Assembly: GCA_030390025.1 (NCBI GenBank)
Contig: CM059432.1
Location: forward strand, 56,732,001 to 56,796,000
DNA from: Squalus acanthias
Taxonomy: Eukaryota
Length of the DNA stretch: 64,000 nucleotides
Reading direction: 5' to 3'
Shown piece after piece: positions 12,459 to 24,739 of the stretch (positions are counted from its first letter, which is position 1; each line of letters opens with the position of its first letter). The position numbers and the translations under genes are program-made. The notes under the pieces were generated by a model. That model had not been told where the DNA came from. It did no database searches and saw only the letters and a list, made by a program, of their open reading frames with translations.

Positions 12459-13593
12459 ATGGGTGCACTAGTAGGCCTTCCTCTTGGAATGGACCACGAC
12501 TGGGAGAATGAGCAGAGGCCACGCAGAGCAGGGCAAGCTGCTAGAAGAGGGAGGAGGTGGAGGAGGAGACAGACTCTCAGCAGGAGGCCATATCCACCCA
12601 GGGTGTTCAAGGAGTAATTCTCTTTCCTGAACCTCAGCGACAACCAATGTTTGAGACGTCTGCGCTTCACTAAGGAGATCGTCACTGAAATCTGCCAGCT
12701 GCTGCAACCACAACTGCAACCTCGGAGCAGGGCAAGGACCGCATTGCCAGTGGCTGTGAAGGTGACCGTGGCTATGAATTTTATGCGTCTGGCTCCTTCC
12801 AGGCTGCTGCTGGAGATATTAGCAATATCTCACAGTTTGCAGTGCACTGTTGCATAAGGGAGGTCACTGAGGCTCTCTATGCAATGAGAGATAACTTCAT
12901 TTAATTCCCTCTTGCGGAAGTAAAGCAGGCGGAGCGAGCAAAGGGGTTTGCAAGGATTGCAGGCTTCCCCATGGTGCAGGTTGCCATTAACTGCATGCAC
13001 ATTGCTTTGCGTGTGCCTCATGTCAACTCTGCCATGTACCGGAACCGAAAGAGATTCCACTCCCTCAACGTGCAGCTGGTGTATGATCATAGGCAGCGCA
13101 TCATGTAGGTTAATGCCCGGTATCTTGGCAGCAGTTATGATGCCTTCATTCTGCACCAGTCAGCTGTGCCAGCTGTATTTCAGCCACCATGGCAAACTGA
13201 AGGGTGGCGACTGGGCGACAAGGGCAATCCGCTGATAACAGGGCTCATGACTCCGGTGCGCAACCCACGCACACGTGTGCAGAATGCATACAATGAGAGC
13301 CATACTCGCACAAGAAATCTGATACAGCAGGCCATTGGCGTTCTAAAGCAATGATTCCACTGCCTAGACTGCTCCAGAAGAGCCCTGCAGTACCCAGCTG
13401 AGCGGGTGTCAAGATTTGTTGTGGTATGCTGCACAACCTTGCCGTCAGGAGGGAACAACCCTGGTCATTGTCACCACCTATCAGCAAGAGGAGGAAAAGT
13501 AGGAGGCAGAAGAGGAACGGGGGGCTGCAACCTAGACCGCCGTTTTCTGCCTGTGCTGTACGTAAAGAACTAATTCAAGTGCGATACCAGTAA
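12459..13593 (+). pseudogene. Harbinger DDE transposase (HARBI1-like), with stops and frameshifts
   Basis: RRLRFTKEIVTEICQLL; AGFPMVQVAINCMHIA; YRNRKRFHSLNVQLVYD; GSSYDAFIL; LGDKGNP; YNESHTRTRNLIQQAIGVLK. Confidence 0.88.
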
Positions 13594-14485
13594 CCTCAAC
13601 CCCAATTGCCCATTCATCAACAGTCCCACACTCCTTATCTTCCCTCTGTTACTGACCATCACATCGCCCTCTTGGCCACAATGCAAAAATAAAAGCCAAC
13701 ACAAAATACACAGTTCAAACCAAATTTATGAATTAAATCATGTCATATTGCATGCAAAATTTAACTAATCACACTTGTGCATCTCTTTAGTGCCTGTCTT
13801 CCGTGTGCATTTGCCTGACCTAGTGCTCCTACGAAGTGCTATCCCAATGGCTGCAGCATGGTTGGTGAAAGGCTGCTGACTTTCAGTGAAGGAGACTACA
13901 GATGGCCTTCGAGGACGACCTTGAGCAGCTCTGGGCCTTCACACTGCACCATCTCGGCATGGGCGGCAGCAGTCTGAGCTGGCTGGCTGACAGGCAACAG
14001 CAAGGAGAGTGGCAGGGGTGCGAGCACAAATGCTGTCTTCGAGAGAGGACAGCAGGTTCGTGTTCCTTGGAGCCACTGCCACTCCACCGATGCGGTGCCT
14101 CAGCAATCCTAGTAATTTGTTGGAGGACAGATTGCTGGACTGCTGTGACACCCTGGAAGCTGCTTTGAACACTGGTATCCAGAGCCATGATGGCAGCAGT
14201 CTGAGCTTCCACTGCAGCACTCAGACGTTGGGTGGCTTCTGCTTGTGCTGCAATGGAAGCTGAGACATCGGTTTTTGAATGCTGCATCATGGTTGGTTCT
14301 ACAAGGGCATTGATGGAGTTGGCCACCTGTTCCAAGCTCTGCGCAAAGCCCTGTTCCAAGTTGGTGTCATACTCCTCCATGCTCCCTGACACTGCACACC
14401 AAGCAGTTTGCTGTATGCACCCATCAGTCTTTTTCTGTTGCCTGGCCCATCGAAGTCCTCATCTGAGTCCTCTGCAGCAGAACTA

Positions 14486-14880
14486 AGAACATAAGAAGTA
14501 GGAGCAGGCGTATGCCATATGGCCCTTTGAGCCTGCTTCGCCATTCAATAAGATCATGGCTGATCTTTGACCTCAACTCCACTTTCTTGTCCGATCCCCA
14601 TATCTCTTGATTCCCCTAAAGTCCAAAAATCTGTCTATCTCAGCCTTGAATATACTCAACGACTCAGCATATACAGCTCTTTGGGACAGAGAATTCCAAA
14701 GATTCACAACCCTCAGTGAAGAAATTCCTCCTCATCTCCGTCTTAAATGGCCAACCCCTTATCCTGAGACTATGCGTCCTAGTTCTAGATTCTTCAGCCA
14801 GGGGAAACAACCTCTCAGCATCTACCCTGTTAATCCCCCTCAGAATCTTATGTTTCAATGAGATCACCTCTCATTCTTCT
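14486..14880 (-). mobile_element. CR1 3' fragment inserted in the Harbinger element
   Basis: ORF 14664-14867 (ESRTRTHSLRIRGWPFKTEMRRNFF); TSD gaacta. Confidence 0.9.
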
Positions 14881-14964
14881 GAACTATGCGCAGTGTCAGT
14901 ATCTGAGCTGGTGGCTGTGAGTGTGAAATCAAGTGGCAGTGTGTCTTCATCTTCACTGTCTTCA

Positions 14965-16530
14965 CTAATGAGAGGGAGGAACTGAAAGAAATCAGTATTT
15001 GTAGGAAAATAGTGTTAGGGAAATTGACAGGATTGAAGGCCGATAAATCCCCAGGGCCTGATAATCTACATCCTAGGGTACTTAAGGAAGTGGCCCTAGA
15101 AATAGTAGATGTTACCCCACTATTCAAAAAAGGTGGTAGAGAGAAAACGGGGAATTATAGACCAGTAAGCCTGACATCGGTAGTGGGGAAAATGCTAGAG
15201 TCCATTATAAAAGATGTAATAGCAGAGCACTTGGAAAACAGTGACAGGATCGGACAAAGTCAACATGGATTTACAAAAGGTAAATTGTGCTTGACTAATC
15301 TACTGGAATTTTTTGAGGATGTAACTGGTAAAATAGATAAGGGAGAACCAGTGGATGTGGTGTATTTGGACTTTCAGAAGGCTTTTGATAAGGTCCCGCA
15401 TAAGAGATTAGCGTGCAAAGTTAAAGCACATGGGATTGGGGGTAAGGTACTGTCTTGGATAGAGAACTGGTTGGCAGACAGAAAGCAGAGTTGGAATAAA
15501 TGGGTCTTTTTCTGAGTGGCAGGCAGTGACTAGTGGGGTACCGCAGGGACCGGTCCTAGGGCCCCAGCTATTCACAATATATATTAATGATCGAGACGAG
15601 GGAATTGGATGTAATATCTCCAAGTTTGCAGACGACACAAAGCTGGGTGGGAGTGTGTGCCGTGAGGAGGATGCCGAAAAACTCCAGTATGATTTGGACA
15701 GGTTGGGTGATTGGGCAGAAGCATGGCAGATGCAATATAATGTGAATAAATGCGAGGTTATCCACTTTGGTGTCAAAAACAGGAAGGCAGATTATTATCT
15801 GAATGGCAATAGATTGGGAGAAGGGGAAGTGCAACGAGACCTGGGTGTCCTTGTGCGCCAGTCGCTGAAGGTAAGCATGCAGGTGCAGCAGGTGGTTAAG
15901 AAGGCAAATGGTATGTTGGCCTTCGTAGCGAAAGGGTTCGAGTACAGGAACAAGGATGTCTTGCTGCAGTTGTACAGGGCCTTGGTGAGACCACACCTTG
16001 AGTATTGTGTGCAGTTTTGGTCGCCTTATCTGAGGAAGGATGTTCTTGCCATGGAGGGAGTGCAGCGAAGATTCACCAGGCTGATACCTGGGATGGCAGG
16101 AATGACGTATGAAGAGAGATTGGGTCGATTGGGCTTATACTTGCTGGAGTTTAGAAGAATGAGAGGGGATCTCATTGAAACTTATAAAATTCTAACAGGA
16201 CTAGACAGACTAGATGCAGGAAGGATGTTCCCGATGGCTGGGGAGTCCAGAACCAGGGGTCACAGTCTAAGGATAAGGGGTAATCCATTTAGGACTGAGA
16301 TGAGGAGGAATTTCTTCACCCAGAGAGTGGTGAACCTGTGGAATTCTCTACCACAGAAGGCAGTAGAGGCCAATTCATTAAATATATTCAAGAAGGAGTT
16401 AGATATATTTCTTAAAGCTAAAGGGATCAAGGGATATGGGGAGAAGGCAGGGACAGGGTACTGAATTTGGATGATTAGCCATGATCTCATTGAATGGCCT
16501 GCTCCTGCTCCTATCTTCTATGTTTCTATG
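14965..16530 (+). mobile_element. 5'-truncated CR1 inserted in the Harbinger element
   Basis: RT ORFs 15012-15515 and 15526-16464; ttctatg tail; tgtcttc repeated at the junctions. Confidence 0.95.
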
Positions 16531-17182
16531 TCTTCTTGGTCTTCCACCACTGCCTGGGCAGTTTATAGTTCTTGGTTATCTAAAAGGAAAAAAGGGACAA
16601 GGGTAGAGTTGTGGTGAGGGGAGAGGAGAAAGTAAGAAGTGCATGCTTACACCATCTGTAGCTTGTAAGTCAGAAGAGATTGTGGGCTGAGGGAGAAGTG
16701 GGATGAGAGGAGGCGGATTAGGTATGAGGATGCTGTCAGTGAGTGTTGTGCAATCTGTTTGGGTGATGTGGCTGTCATGGTTGAATAGCTGGCAGTGTGT
16801 GCAAGATGTGGGTGTGAGGCTTGCAACAGTGCTAAGTGTGTGAGGGTGAGTTGAAGCATATGAATGTTAGGTATGAGTCCTGATTGATAGAATTTGTTGG
16901 TAGGTAAATGATGGGGGTGTGGTGAATTGTGCAGTGACTGAGGCTAGTGGTGCAGTTGGTAGGATATGGCATTTGAAGATGCATTCACTGACTTTTGACC
17001 ACCCATATGAAGTCATTAAACTTCTTGTAGCAGTGCATCCAGGTCCTTGGGGCTAAACTCCTGGCATTGACCTCTGCGGCTACCTGTTCCTACTGCCTTC
17101 TCATCGTGTGTCTGGAGGGCCTCCTGCTCCCCTGCGGGTACAGGACATCTCTCCTCCTTTCCACCTCCTTCACCAAGACCTC

Positions 17183-17990
17183 ACACGGAGAACTGTGAAG
17201 TAATGCATGTGGGGAGGGCTAACCAGGAAAGGGAATACACATTAAATGGTAGGACACTGAGTAGTGTAGAGGAACAAAGGGACCTTGGAGTGCATGTCCA
17301 CAGATCCCTGAAGGTAGCAGGCTAGGTAGATAAGGTGGTTAAGAAGGCATATGGAATGCTTGCCTTTATTAGCCGTGGCTTAGAATACAAGAGCAGGGGG
17401 GTTATGCTTCAACTGTATAAAACACTAGTTGGGCCTCAGCTAGAGTACTGCGTGCAGTTCTGGTCACCACATTACAGGAAAGATGTGATTGCCCTAGAGA
17501 GGGTACAGAGGAGATTTACAAGGATGTTGCCGGGAGTAGAGAATCTTAGCTATGAGGAAAGATTGGATAGGCTCGGTTTGTTTTCCTTGGAACAGAGGAG
17601 GCTGAGGGGAGACCTGATTGAGGTGTATAAAATTAAGAGGGCCCTCGATAACGTGGATAGAAAGGACCTATTTCCCTTAACAGAGGGGTCAAAAACCAGG
17701 GGGCACAGATTTAAAGTAATTGGTGGAAGGTTTAGAGGGGATTTGAGGGGAAATTTCTTCACCCAGAGGGTTGTGGGGGTCTGGAACTCACTGCCTGAAA
17801 GGGTGGTAGAGGCAGAAACCCTAACCACATTTAAAAAGTACTTGGATGTGCACTTGGGATTCTGTAACCTGCAGGGCTACGGACCAAGAGCTGGGAAGTG
17901 GGATTAGGCTGGATAGCTCTTTGTTGACCGGCACGGACAAGCTGGGCCGAAATGGCCTCCTTCTGTGCTGTAAGTTTCTATGATTCTGTG
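17183..17990 (+). mobile_element. CR1 3' fragment (distinct subfamily) inserted in the Myb-like exon
   Basis: ORF 17335-17907; TSD gacctc. Confidence 0.92.
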
Positions 17991-18574
17991 ACCTCCAGTG
18001 CAGCGCCTAAATACCTTGGTGTATGCTCTCTCCCATGGTCAGCCATTTTTTAATGTTGCACAGCTCTATTCCCAATGACCTCAACACCTCCAGCAGCCAC
18101 AATGCACCTTCCCTTTGAGAGGTGCAGGCTAGCTTTAAGCAGTGCAGATTAGCTTTAAATATTGCCAGCAAGTAACGATATTGGGCCCCTTGCTGATTCG
18201 TGCAGTTAATAAACAGCGCGGTTAGCACTAGCTGCATACAGAAATCATTATAATGAGCAGGCAGCACGAAGTTGGCGTGCTACCTGCATTACACTGAACG
18301 GGCGCGGAGTAAACGCGCATTGTGATCCCCGCGCACGTTTTCGGGGGCCGTCCAATTTATGTCAGCTCGCAAAATCACTCCCCTGTTACTAGTCAAGAAT
18401 ACATTCTTCCACTTCCTTCTCTCAGAATCTGCCTTTGGTGGAAGTGTTTTCTTTTAAGTATCGTAGCATAAAAGAAGACATTTAACTAAGCGACATTATT
18501 CATGGCAAGATTCCGATTGTGGTACTAAGTTAAAGTGAAATTCATATTATATTTGACAAAAGTAAACAGAGTAT

Positions 18575-19845
18575 TTTGTTGAATGACATCCTATGTTACT
18601 GTGACCATGGTAAACTATCCCTCCTTGTCCTTCTCAACCTATCTGCAGCCTTTGACACGGTTGATCACACCATCCTCCTCCAACGCCTCTCCACTGTCGT
18701 CCAGCTGGGTGGGACTGCACTCGCCTGGTTCTATTCTTATCTATCCAGTTGTAGCCAGAGAATCACCTGCAATGGCTTCTCTTCCCGCTCCTGCACCGTT
18801 ACCTCTGATGTCCCCCAAGGATCTTTCCTTGGCCCCCTCCTATTTCTCATCTGCAGGCTGCCCCTCGACGACATCATCCGAAAACACAGCGTCAGGTTCC
18901 ACATGTACACAGACAACACCCAGCTCTACCTCACTACCTCTTCTCTTGACCCCTCTATGGTCTCTAAATTGTCAGACTGCATGTCTGACATCCAGTACTG
19001 GATGAGCAGAAATTTCTTCCAACTAAATATTGGTTAGACTGAAGCCATTGTTTTCAGTCCCCGCCACAAACTCCACTCCCTAGCCACTGACTCCATCCCT
19101 CTCCCTGGCAACTGTCTGAGGCTCAACCAGACTGTTCGCAACCTTGCTGTCGTATTTGACCCCGAGATGAGCTTCCGACCACATATCCGCACTGTCACTA
19201 AGACCGCCTATTTCCACCTCTGTAATATCGCCTGACTCCGCCCCGGCTCAGCTCATCCACTGCTGAAACCTCATCCATGTCTTTATTACCTCTAGACATG
19301 ACTATTCCAATGCACTCCTGGCCAGCTTCCCATCTTCCTCCTTCCATAAACTTAACGTCTTCCAAAACTCTGCTGCCCGAATCCTAACTCAAGTCCTGTT
19401 CACCCATCACCCCTGTGCTCTCTGACTTGCATTGGCTCCCGGTTAAGCAACGCTTCGATTTTAAAATTCTCATCCTTGTTTTGAAATCCCTCCTTGGCCT
19501 CGCACCTCCCTATCTCTGGAATCTCATCCAGCCCTACAACTCTCCAAGATATCTGCACTCCTCCAATTCTGGCCTCTTGTGCATCCTCGATTTTAATTGC
19601 GCCACCATTGGTGGCTGTGCATTCAGCTGCCTAGGCCCTAAGCTCTGGAATTCCCTACCTAAACCTCTCTGTCTCTCCACCTCTCTTTCCCCCTTTAAGA
19701 CACTCTTTGAAACCCACCTCTTTGACCAAGCTTTTGGTCATTTGCCCTAATATCTTCTTTTGTGGCTCGGTGTCAAATTTTGTTTGATAACCCTCCTGTG
19801 AAGCGCCTCGTTAAAAGATGTTATATAAATGCAAGTTGTTGTTGA
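18575..19845 (+). mobile_element. L2-type LINE, 5'-truncated
   Basis: SLLVLLNLSAAFDTVDHTILL, VPQGSFLGPLLF and LHWLPVKQRFDFKIL motifs; tail tatataaatgcaagttgttgttg. Confidence 0.9.
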
Positions 19846-19859
19846 AGTCTACCTGTTCC

Positions 19860-20100
19860 GGAAATGCCAGGAACACCCAACTAGTCAGTCAACATCTGTG
19901 GAGAGAACAGGCAAGTTAATATTTTAGGCGTGGAGCCTTTAGGATAAACATTTCAGGTGTGCACCTTTCATGATGAAGAGTCCACACCAGAAAACATTAA
20001 ATTGTCTGTTCAATCCACAGGTGCTGACTGACCTGCTGGGTGTTTCCAGCATTTTCTGGGTTTTTTTCCCTTCTGTTTCCTGTATCTGCAGTTTTTCTTT
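19860..20100. mobile_element. Degenerate inverted-repeat remnant of Penelope-like terminal sequence
   Basis: Arms resemble the PLE 3' ends at 45890-46010 in both orientations. Similar remnants at ~1160-1270, ~31140-31240 and ~32770-32965. Confidence 0.6.
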
Positions 20101-21083
20101 TTGTCCATCAATTACAGGTGCTTCATTAACAGAATGACACCATAGCAGTCCTGTATAGTAAGCTCTATTGTATTTTGATTACTTCATGGGAATAGCTCAC
20201 TTTGTATAAATGCTATATAAATGCAAGTTTTTCTTTGTAGCATTAAATCTATTTTGTTGAATGCATACGACTGTAATTCAGTATCACATGTTAAAATATG
20301 TGAGCTATTCATGGACCTTGATTATAATATTTAATCTGTTTCAGTTCAGTAACCTGCAGAACTATGTTGGCGTTCAAAGAAGAGCTTAACAATGGTTTTC
20401 CCTGTTTCATTCATTGATGGAAAGTTCAAAAAATAGATTACGTTTTTTTTTGTTAACTTCCTTGCTAATAGCTAGTGTGATAAAGTAGTTCTGTTGCCAG
20501 AATTTCACCCATGCATGTTATAAGGATATTATTTTTAATGCGCATTCTCTGGAGATATGGAATGAAGGGAGAAGTGTAATCCTCTGTTCATTAGATCTTT
20601 GACTAAGTTAAAGGAAATAAATACTAGTGCATGATCTAGCACTTTACAACATTATTGAAACATCTCAAAGCCCGTCATATACAGTATGTTTACATTTTGA
20701 CATGTAATAACTATATAAGATCATGAGTGAGTCATAAAGATGTTCCCCAAGGACAGTAAACTAAGTAGTCTCTTTTTCCTAACTCTCTTTTCTACTTAGT
20801 CAACCTATAACCCTGCCAAAATATTACGGTTTTATTATTTTTTTATTCATCTGAACTGTAGGACATGGAGGATACTGTTACAATCTTGTGAAATCAAATG
20901 AAGCGCCAATCCCATCCACACTGAGCTCAGTATGTTACTGGCACATGCAGTGAAGGTGAGGAAGTAGCATTAGAATCAGATTTCAGTTATGCAGTTGTGA
21001 CTTCCACATTTAAAGAAAACAAAATGCCTGAGCATTTAATTGGGTTGATAGGAAAGAGCTGGAATCTTTATAGCACTGAATTG

Positions 21084-21346
21084 TTAGAGGGGATTTGAGG
21101 GGAGATTTCTTCACCCAGAGGGTGGTTGGGGTCTGGAACTCACTGCCTGAAAGGGTGGTAGAGGAAGAAACCCTCACCACATTAAAAAGTGCTTGGATGT
21201 GCACTTGAAGTGCCGTAACCTACAGGGCTATGGACCAAGAGCTGGAAAGTGGGATTAGGCTGGATAGCTCTTTGTCAGCAGGCGCGGACACAATGGGCCA
21301 AAATGGCCTCCTTCCGTGCTGTAAATTTCTATGATTCTATGATTCT
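21084..21346 (+). mobile_element. CR1 3' end
   Basis: Matches 17730-17990; ends in attctatg repeats. Confidence 0.9.
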
Positions 21347-21626
21347 AATTGCTAAATGGAAACTAGGGTAGAGAAGGTGGAATGGGATCTCGTGAGTATA
21401 GAGCATTGTAATAGCAAAGAGAGTGCGGTGGCACTAAATGCAAACGACATCAATAAATGGCAATGAAGGTGACGCAGAGCCAAACTGCAGTAAGATATTT
21501 GAAAGTTGATTTATAAACCATCAAAGACCCTTGGATTATATTTAACCTTATACATTAATCTTATCAACATACCCAGCTTTGTAAAGCTATACTTGTATTT
21601 GTTGTTTTTAACTGGAAATGCTAAGC

Positions 21627-21920
21627 CAGGGGTGTCCAATCTGTGGACCCTAAGCATTGGCAATCTGGCCCTCAAAGACCAGGGAATCTTTGGGTGACTT
21701 TTTTAGATTTTCTGGTTTGTCCTGTTTGAATTGTATGGGTCTGAAGCTTTGGAAAAGGCTGTTGCTTCATTAATGGATAAATCAGCACAAAATCTATTAA
21801 TGTCATTAACTTGAGAGATTTGTAAATTAGTGAGAACTTGGATTTAAACTTGGTTGTGGCCCCCTCAGACTCCATGATACACACGTGTGTGGTGCACAGA
21901 AAAAACTTGGACACCCCCTT
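21627..21920. mobile_element. hAT-type MITE
   Basis: TIRs caggggtgtccaa / ttggacaccccctt; imperfect 8-bp TSD tgctaagc / tgctcggc. Confidence 0.7.
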
Positions 21921-22564
21921 TGCTCGGCAATTCTAGCTGACTGGGGCTGAGATAGGGGCAGAGCTGGGGCGATTGTGTGCAGTGAAGGTCGAATGATACT
22001 AATACTTTTGATGTTTAGAATATCTTTAATAATAAGGATTTATCCAATAGGTCTTTATCTAAATGTGTTGCTTAAAGAAATTTGCTTTGTGCCATTTTTC
22101 TCTTATGGCTAAAGATCAAGGTCCTGTGCAACTGATACTTCTGCTAACTAAGTATTGCAGTGAAGATATGGGTTGGTTTAATTCATTCTCCATATACAAT
22201 AAGATTGAGAGAACCTGTTGCATTGGACTGAAATGAATATATGGACAATTTTTGGCCTTCCCATCGCATTTCTCTCATCATTTGTAGCAACTTTATTACT
22301 GTTCTCCTCAGAAATTTCGAGGTCTATTTGTGGAACTTCTTGGTGGTTCTGTGTTTGATGTATTTTTCTGGAATGTTTTGTCTGCCTGGTATCTTTTTTT
22401 GTTGTCTCTCATTTCAGCACTGCGTTCCATTGAAAGTTCTTTATTTTCTTTATAAAATCCTTTATTATGAGGTCTTTATCAATTGACAGCCTTGAGAATG
22501 CTGAACTCAAGTATCCTCACCTTGAACCAACAACTTCTGCCACTTCAAACCTTTAAAAAAAAAT

Positions 22565-22950
22565 TATCACAGGATCTGGACAACACTGGGAAAGCCACAT
22601 TTATTGCCCATCCTTAGCTGCCCTGAAAAGCTGGTAGGCCTTCTCCTTTAACTGCCGCACTCCTTGTGGTGCGTAGTGATTGTTTTACAACTGGCCACTT
22701 CAGAGAGCACTAAGCGTCAACTACATATTGAATGATTGGAGTCCAGTATAGGCCAGTCCAGATAAGGGTAGTGGATTCCTTCCCTGAATGAACCAGTTGG
22801 GCTTTTTTGACAATCAGGCAGCTTTTATGATCAGTTTCCTTAGGGTTAACCCATAAATTACCAGATTTATTGAATTCAATTTCACAACTTGCCATAATGG
22901 AATTTGAACTCATGACTTGTGGGTTACTAGTCCAGTGCCATAACCTATGT
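22565..22950 (-). mobile_element. Diverged copy of the SINE family at 594-1015
   Basis: Reverse-complement similarity: catttattgcccatcc, aaccagttgggc, atttgaactcatg...tactagtccagt. Confidence 0.75.
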
Positions 22951-23582
22951 TGATTGTTAACAATGCCATGTAAGCCCAGTTTATTGAGTCCCTTATCTTG
23001 GTTTTATCAACTGCTAGCAAAAGCAGAGTCTCTTCAAACATAGCCTTGTGCACCATCGACCATAGAGAATTAAACTGCTAGCTTGGACCCATTTAATTCA
23101 TCAGTCAAAGAAGTAAAACCTGGGTGGAGTACACTTTGAGCCCTGATTTTTCTTACAGTATGCAGACCTTTTTCAGTGAATTTAATGCTCAGGTTAGCTC
23201 TCATCTTCGATATCCAACCCTACAAACTGCAAACTGATGATATCCTAGACCTTTTCTCCATGGATTTCTCAGAATCTCCCCTTGTGTAGTTTCACAAATT
23301 TGGGGACGGAGGCCTTATGATTTCTCTTTAGCTCTATCCATGATAGGCCAGCACTACAAAGTCCTTCATAATATGAAAATCTTGATACTTTGCCTGCCGG
23401 CTGTTATTTCTCCTTGCAATAAAATCTGGTAAATAACTTATTCAACGTAGGAGCCCCGTGCTCCTTAGTAAGGATTCCAGAGTTCTGGGACAGATGGACA
23501 TATGCATGTCCTAGACAGATAGAAACTCTAACTATATGATTTTTTTCTGTAGCTCAGTTTAGAGACTCTTAAGCAAGGGAAT

Positions 23583-24408
23583 GGTTCAGAAATTGCTGGA
23601 ATGGCACATCTCGCAGCGAGCATCATGAACTGGACTTTTTACCTCGCCCTTCAGATCGCACTATATTTGCGTCGCAACTTGCTGGAAATGTGAATTAATA
23701 ATGGCGCAGCAATCTCAACGTCGCATCTGGGACTTAATGAAGGTTGTGCCCAATGGTTTATCTCCTTAACCAAGGAAACAAAAGGATAGAGAAAGAAATA
23801 CAGTGAAAGGCGGAGAAGGAAATAGGGTAAATAGGGCAGAGAGGGAAAGAAAGAGAGTGGATTAAGAGAGAGAAAAAAAATGTTAGAAAGGAGAAGTAAG
23901 AACATAATGGCTGTAGACTGTACCACCTCGGCACAGGCGGCAGCATTCTGGGCTGGCTGGCTGACAGGTAGCAGCAAGGGCTCTGGCAGACTTGCGAATA
24001 CGAATGCTGTCATCCGGAGAGAGAGAAGGCCTCTTGCCCCCCCTGCGGGTAGAGGTTCTGACATCTTCTGTGCACCCCCAGGACCAAGGCCTCCAGTGCC
24101 GCATCTGAGAACCTCCTTGCCCTCTCTCTTCTCTGTTGAGCCATGACTTCAGAGTGGCAATGAGGTGCTTCTGCAACAAAGCACCTCCTCTTCACATGGT
24201 GCAGAGGGCCTAGGCCAAACTTTATTGGCCAGTAGACTTCACCCGATATTGGCCGCCCCTGTTGAGCGCTAAGCTAACCAGCTGAGATCAGTGTTCCAAT
24301 CATTATAATGAGCAGGCAGCATGAATTTTGCGTGCTGCCTGCACCACTTTGAACAGGCAGATCACACTCACCACGCCCGTTGTGGAGCTTCATCCAATTT
24401 TACCCCCC
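23583..24408. mobile_element. Harbinger deletion/chimeric derivative
   Basis: Right part matches 13945-14040, the Myb exon (MAQQRRERARRFSDAALEALV on -) and 18245-18360. Left part resembles the MITE at 31642. Confidence 0.75.
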
Positions 24409-24739
24409 CTCGATCTTTACTGCATGTTAATATAAACATGCAGTTTTTAAATACCTCTTCACTTACAAATTTATGGGTAGATTCAAAACTGGTAATCAGC
24501 ATACATAGAATTTACCATCCCATGGACTTTGATGTGAACTGCAAATTGTAACTGGCCAGGCTCCTCTTCCCCACCCCAAACTTACATATAGTATACGCTA
24601 TTTCTTTTTCTCTTATACCCCAGGAATTAATGATGAACTGACTAAATTTCTACACACAATTTTTCTGAGTGCCTACTTGGCATGACCATTTTGGAACGTG
24701 TAGTTGGGTTGTACAGTGGATTGGAGTGTCGTATTCACA

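Larger units (their letters stand above)
13790..18046 (-). pseudogene. Harbinger Myb/SANT-like DNA-binding protein gene remnant
   Basis: After removing the CR1 at 17183-17990, the minus strand reads MADHGREHTPRYLGAALEVLVKEVERRRDVLYP...RRQ*EQVAAEVNARSLAPRTWMHCYKKFND. A coiled-coil-like ORF at 13883-14392 follows. Confidence 0.75.
12420..18365. mobile_element. Decayed autonomous-type PIF/Harbinger transposon with convergent transposase and Myb/SANT-like genes, split by three CR1 insertions
   Basis: HARBI1-like remnants on + and a Myb/SANT-like remnant on -. Sequence is continuous across the CR1 insertions, which have short TSDs. Confidence 0.85.

Noticed and set aside
12459..13593. Domesticated HARBI1 gene
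   Set aside because: Multiple stops and frameshifts, and it sits in transposon context.
22095..22125. U2 snRNA-like tggctaaagatcaag (also ~53122)
   Set aside because: Match is too short and flanks do not continue the U2 sequence.
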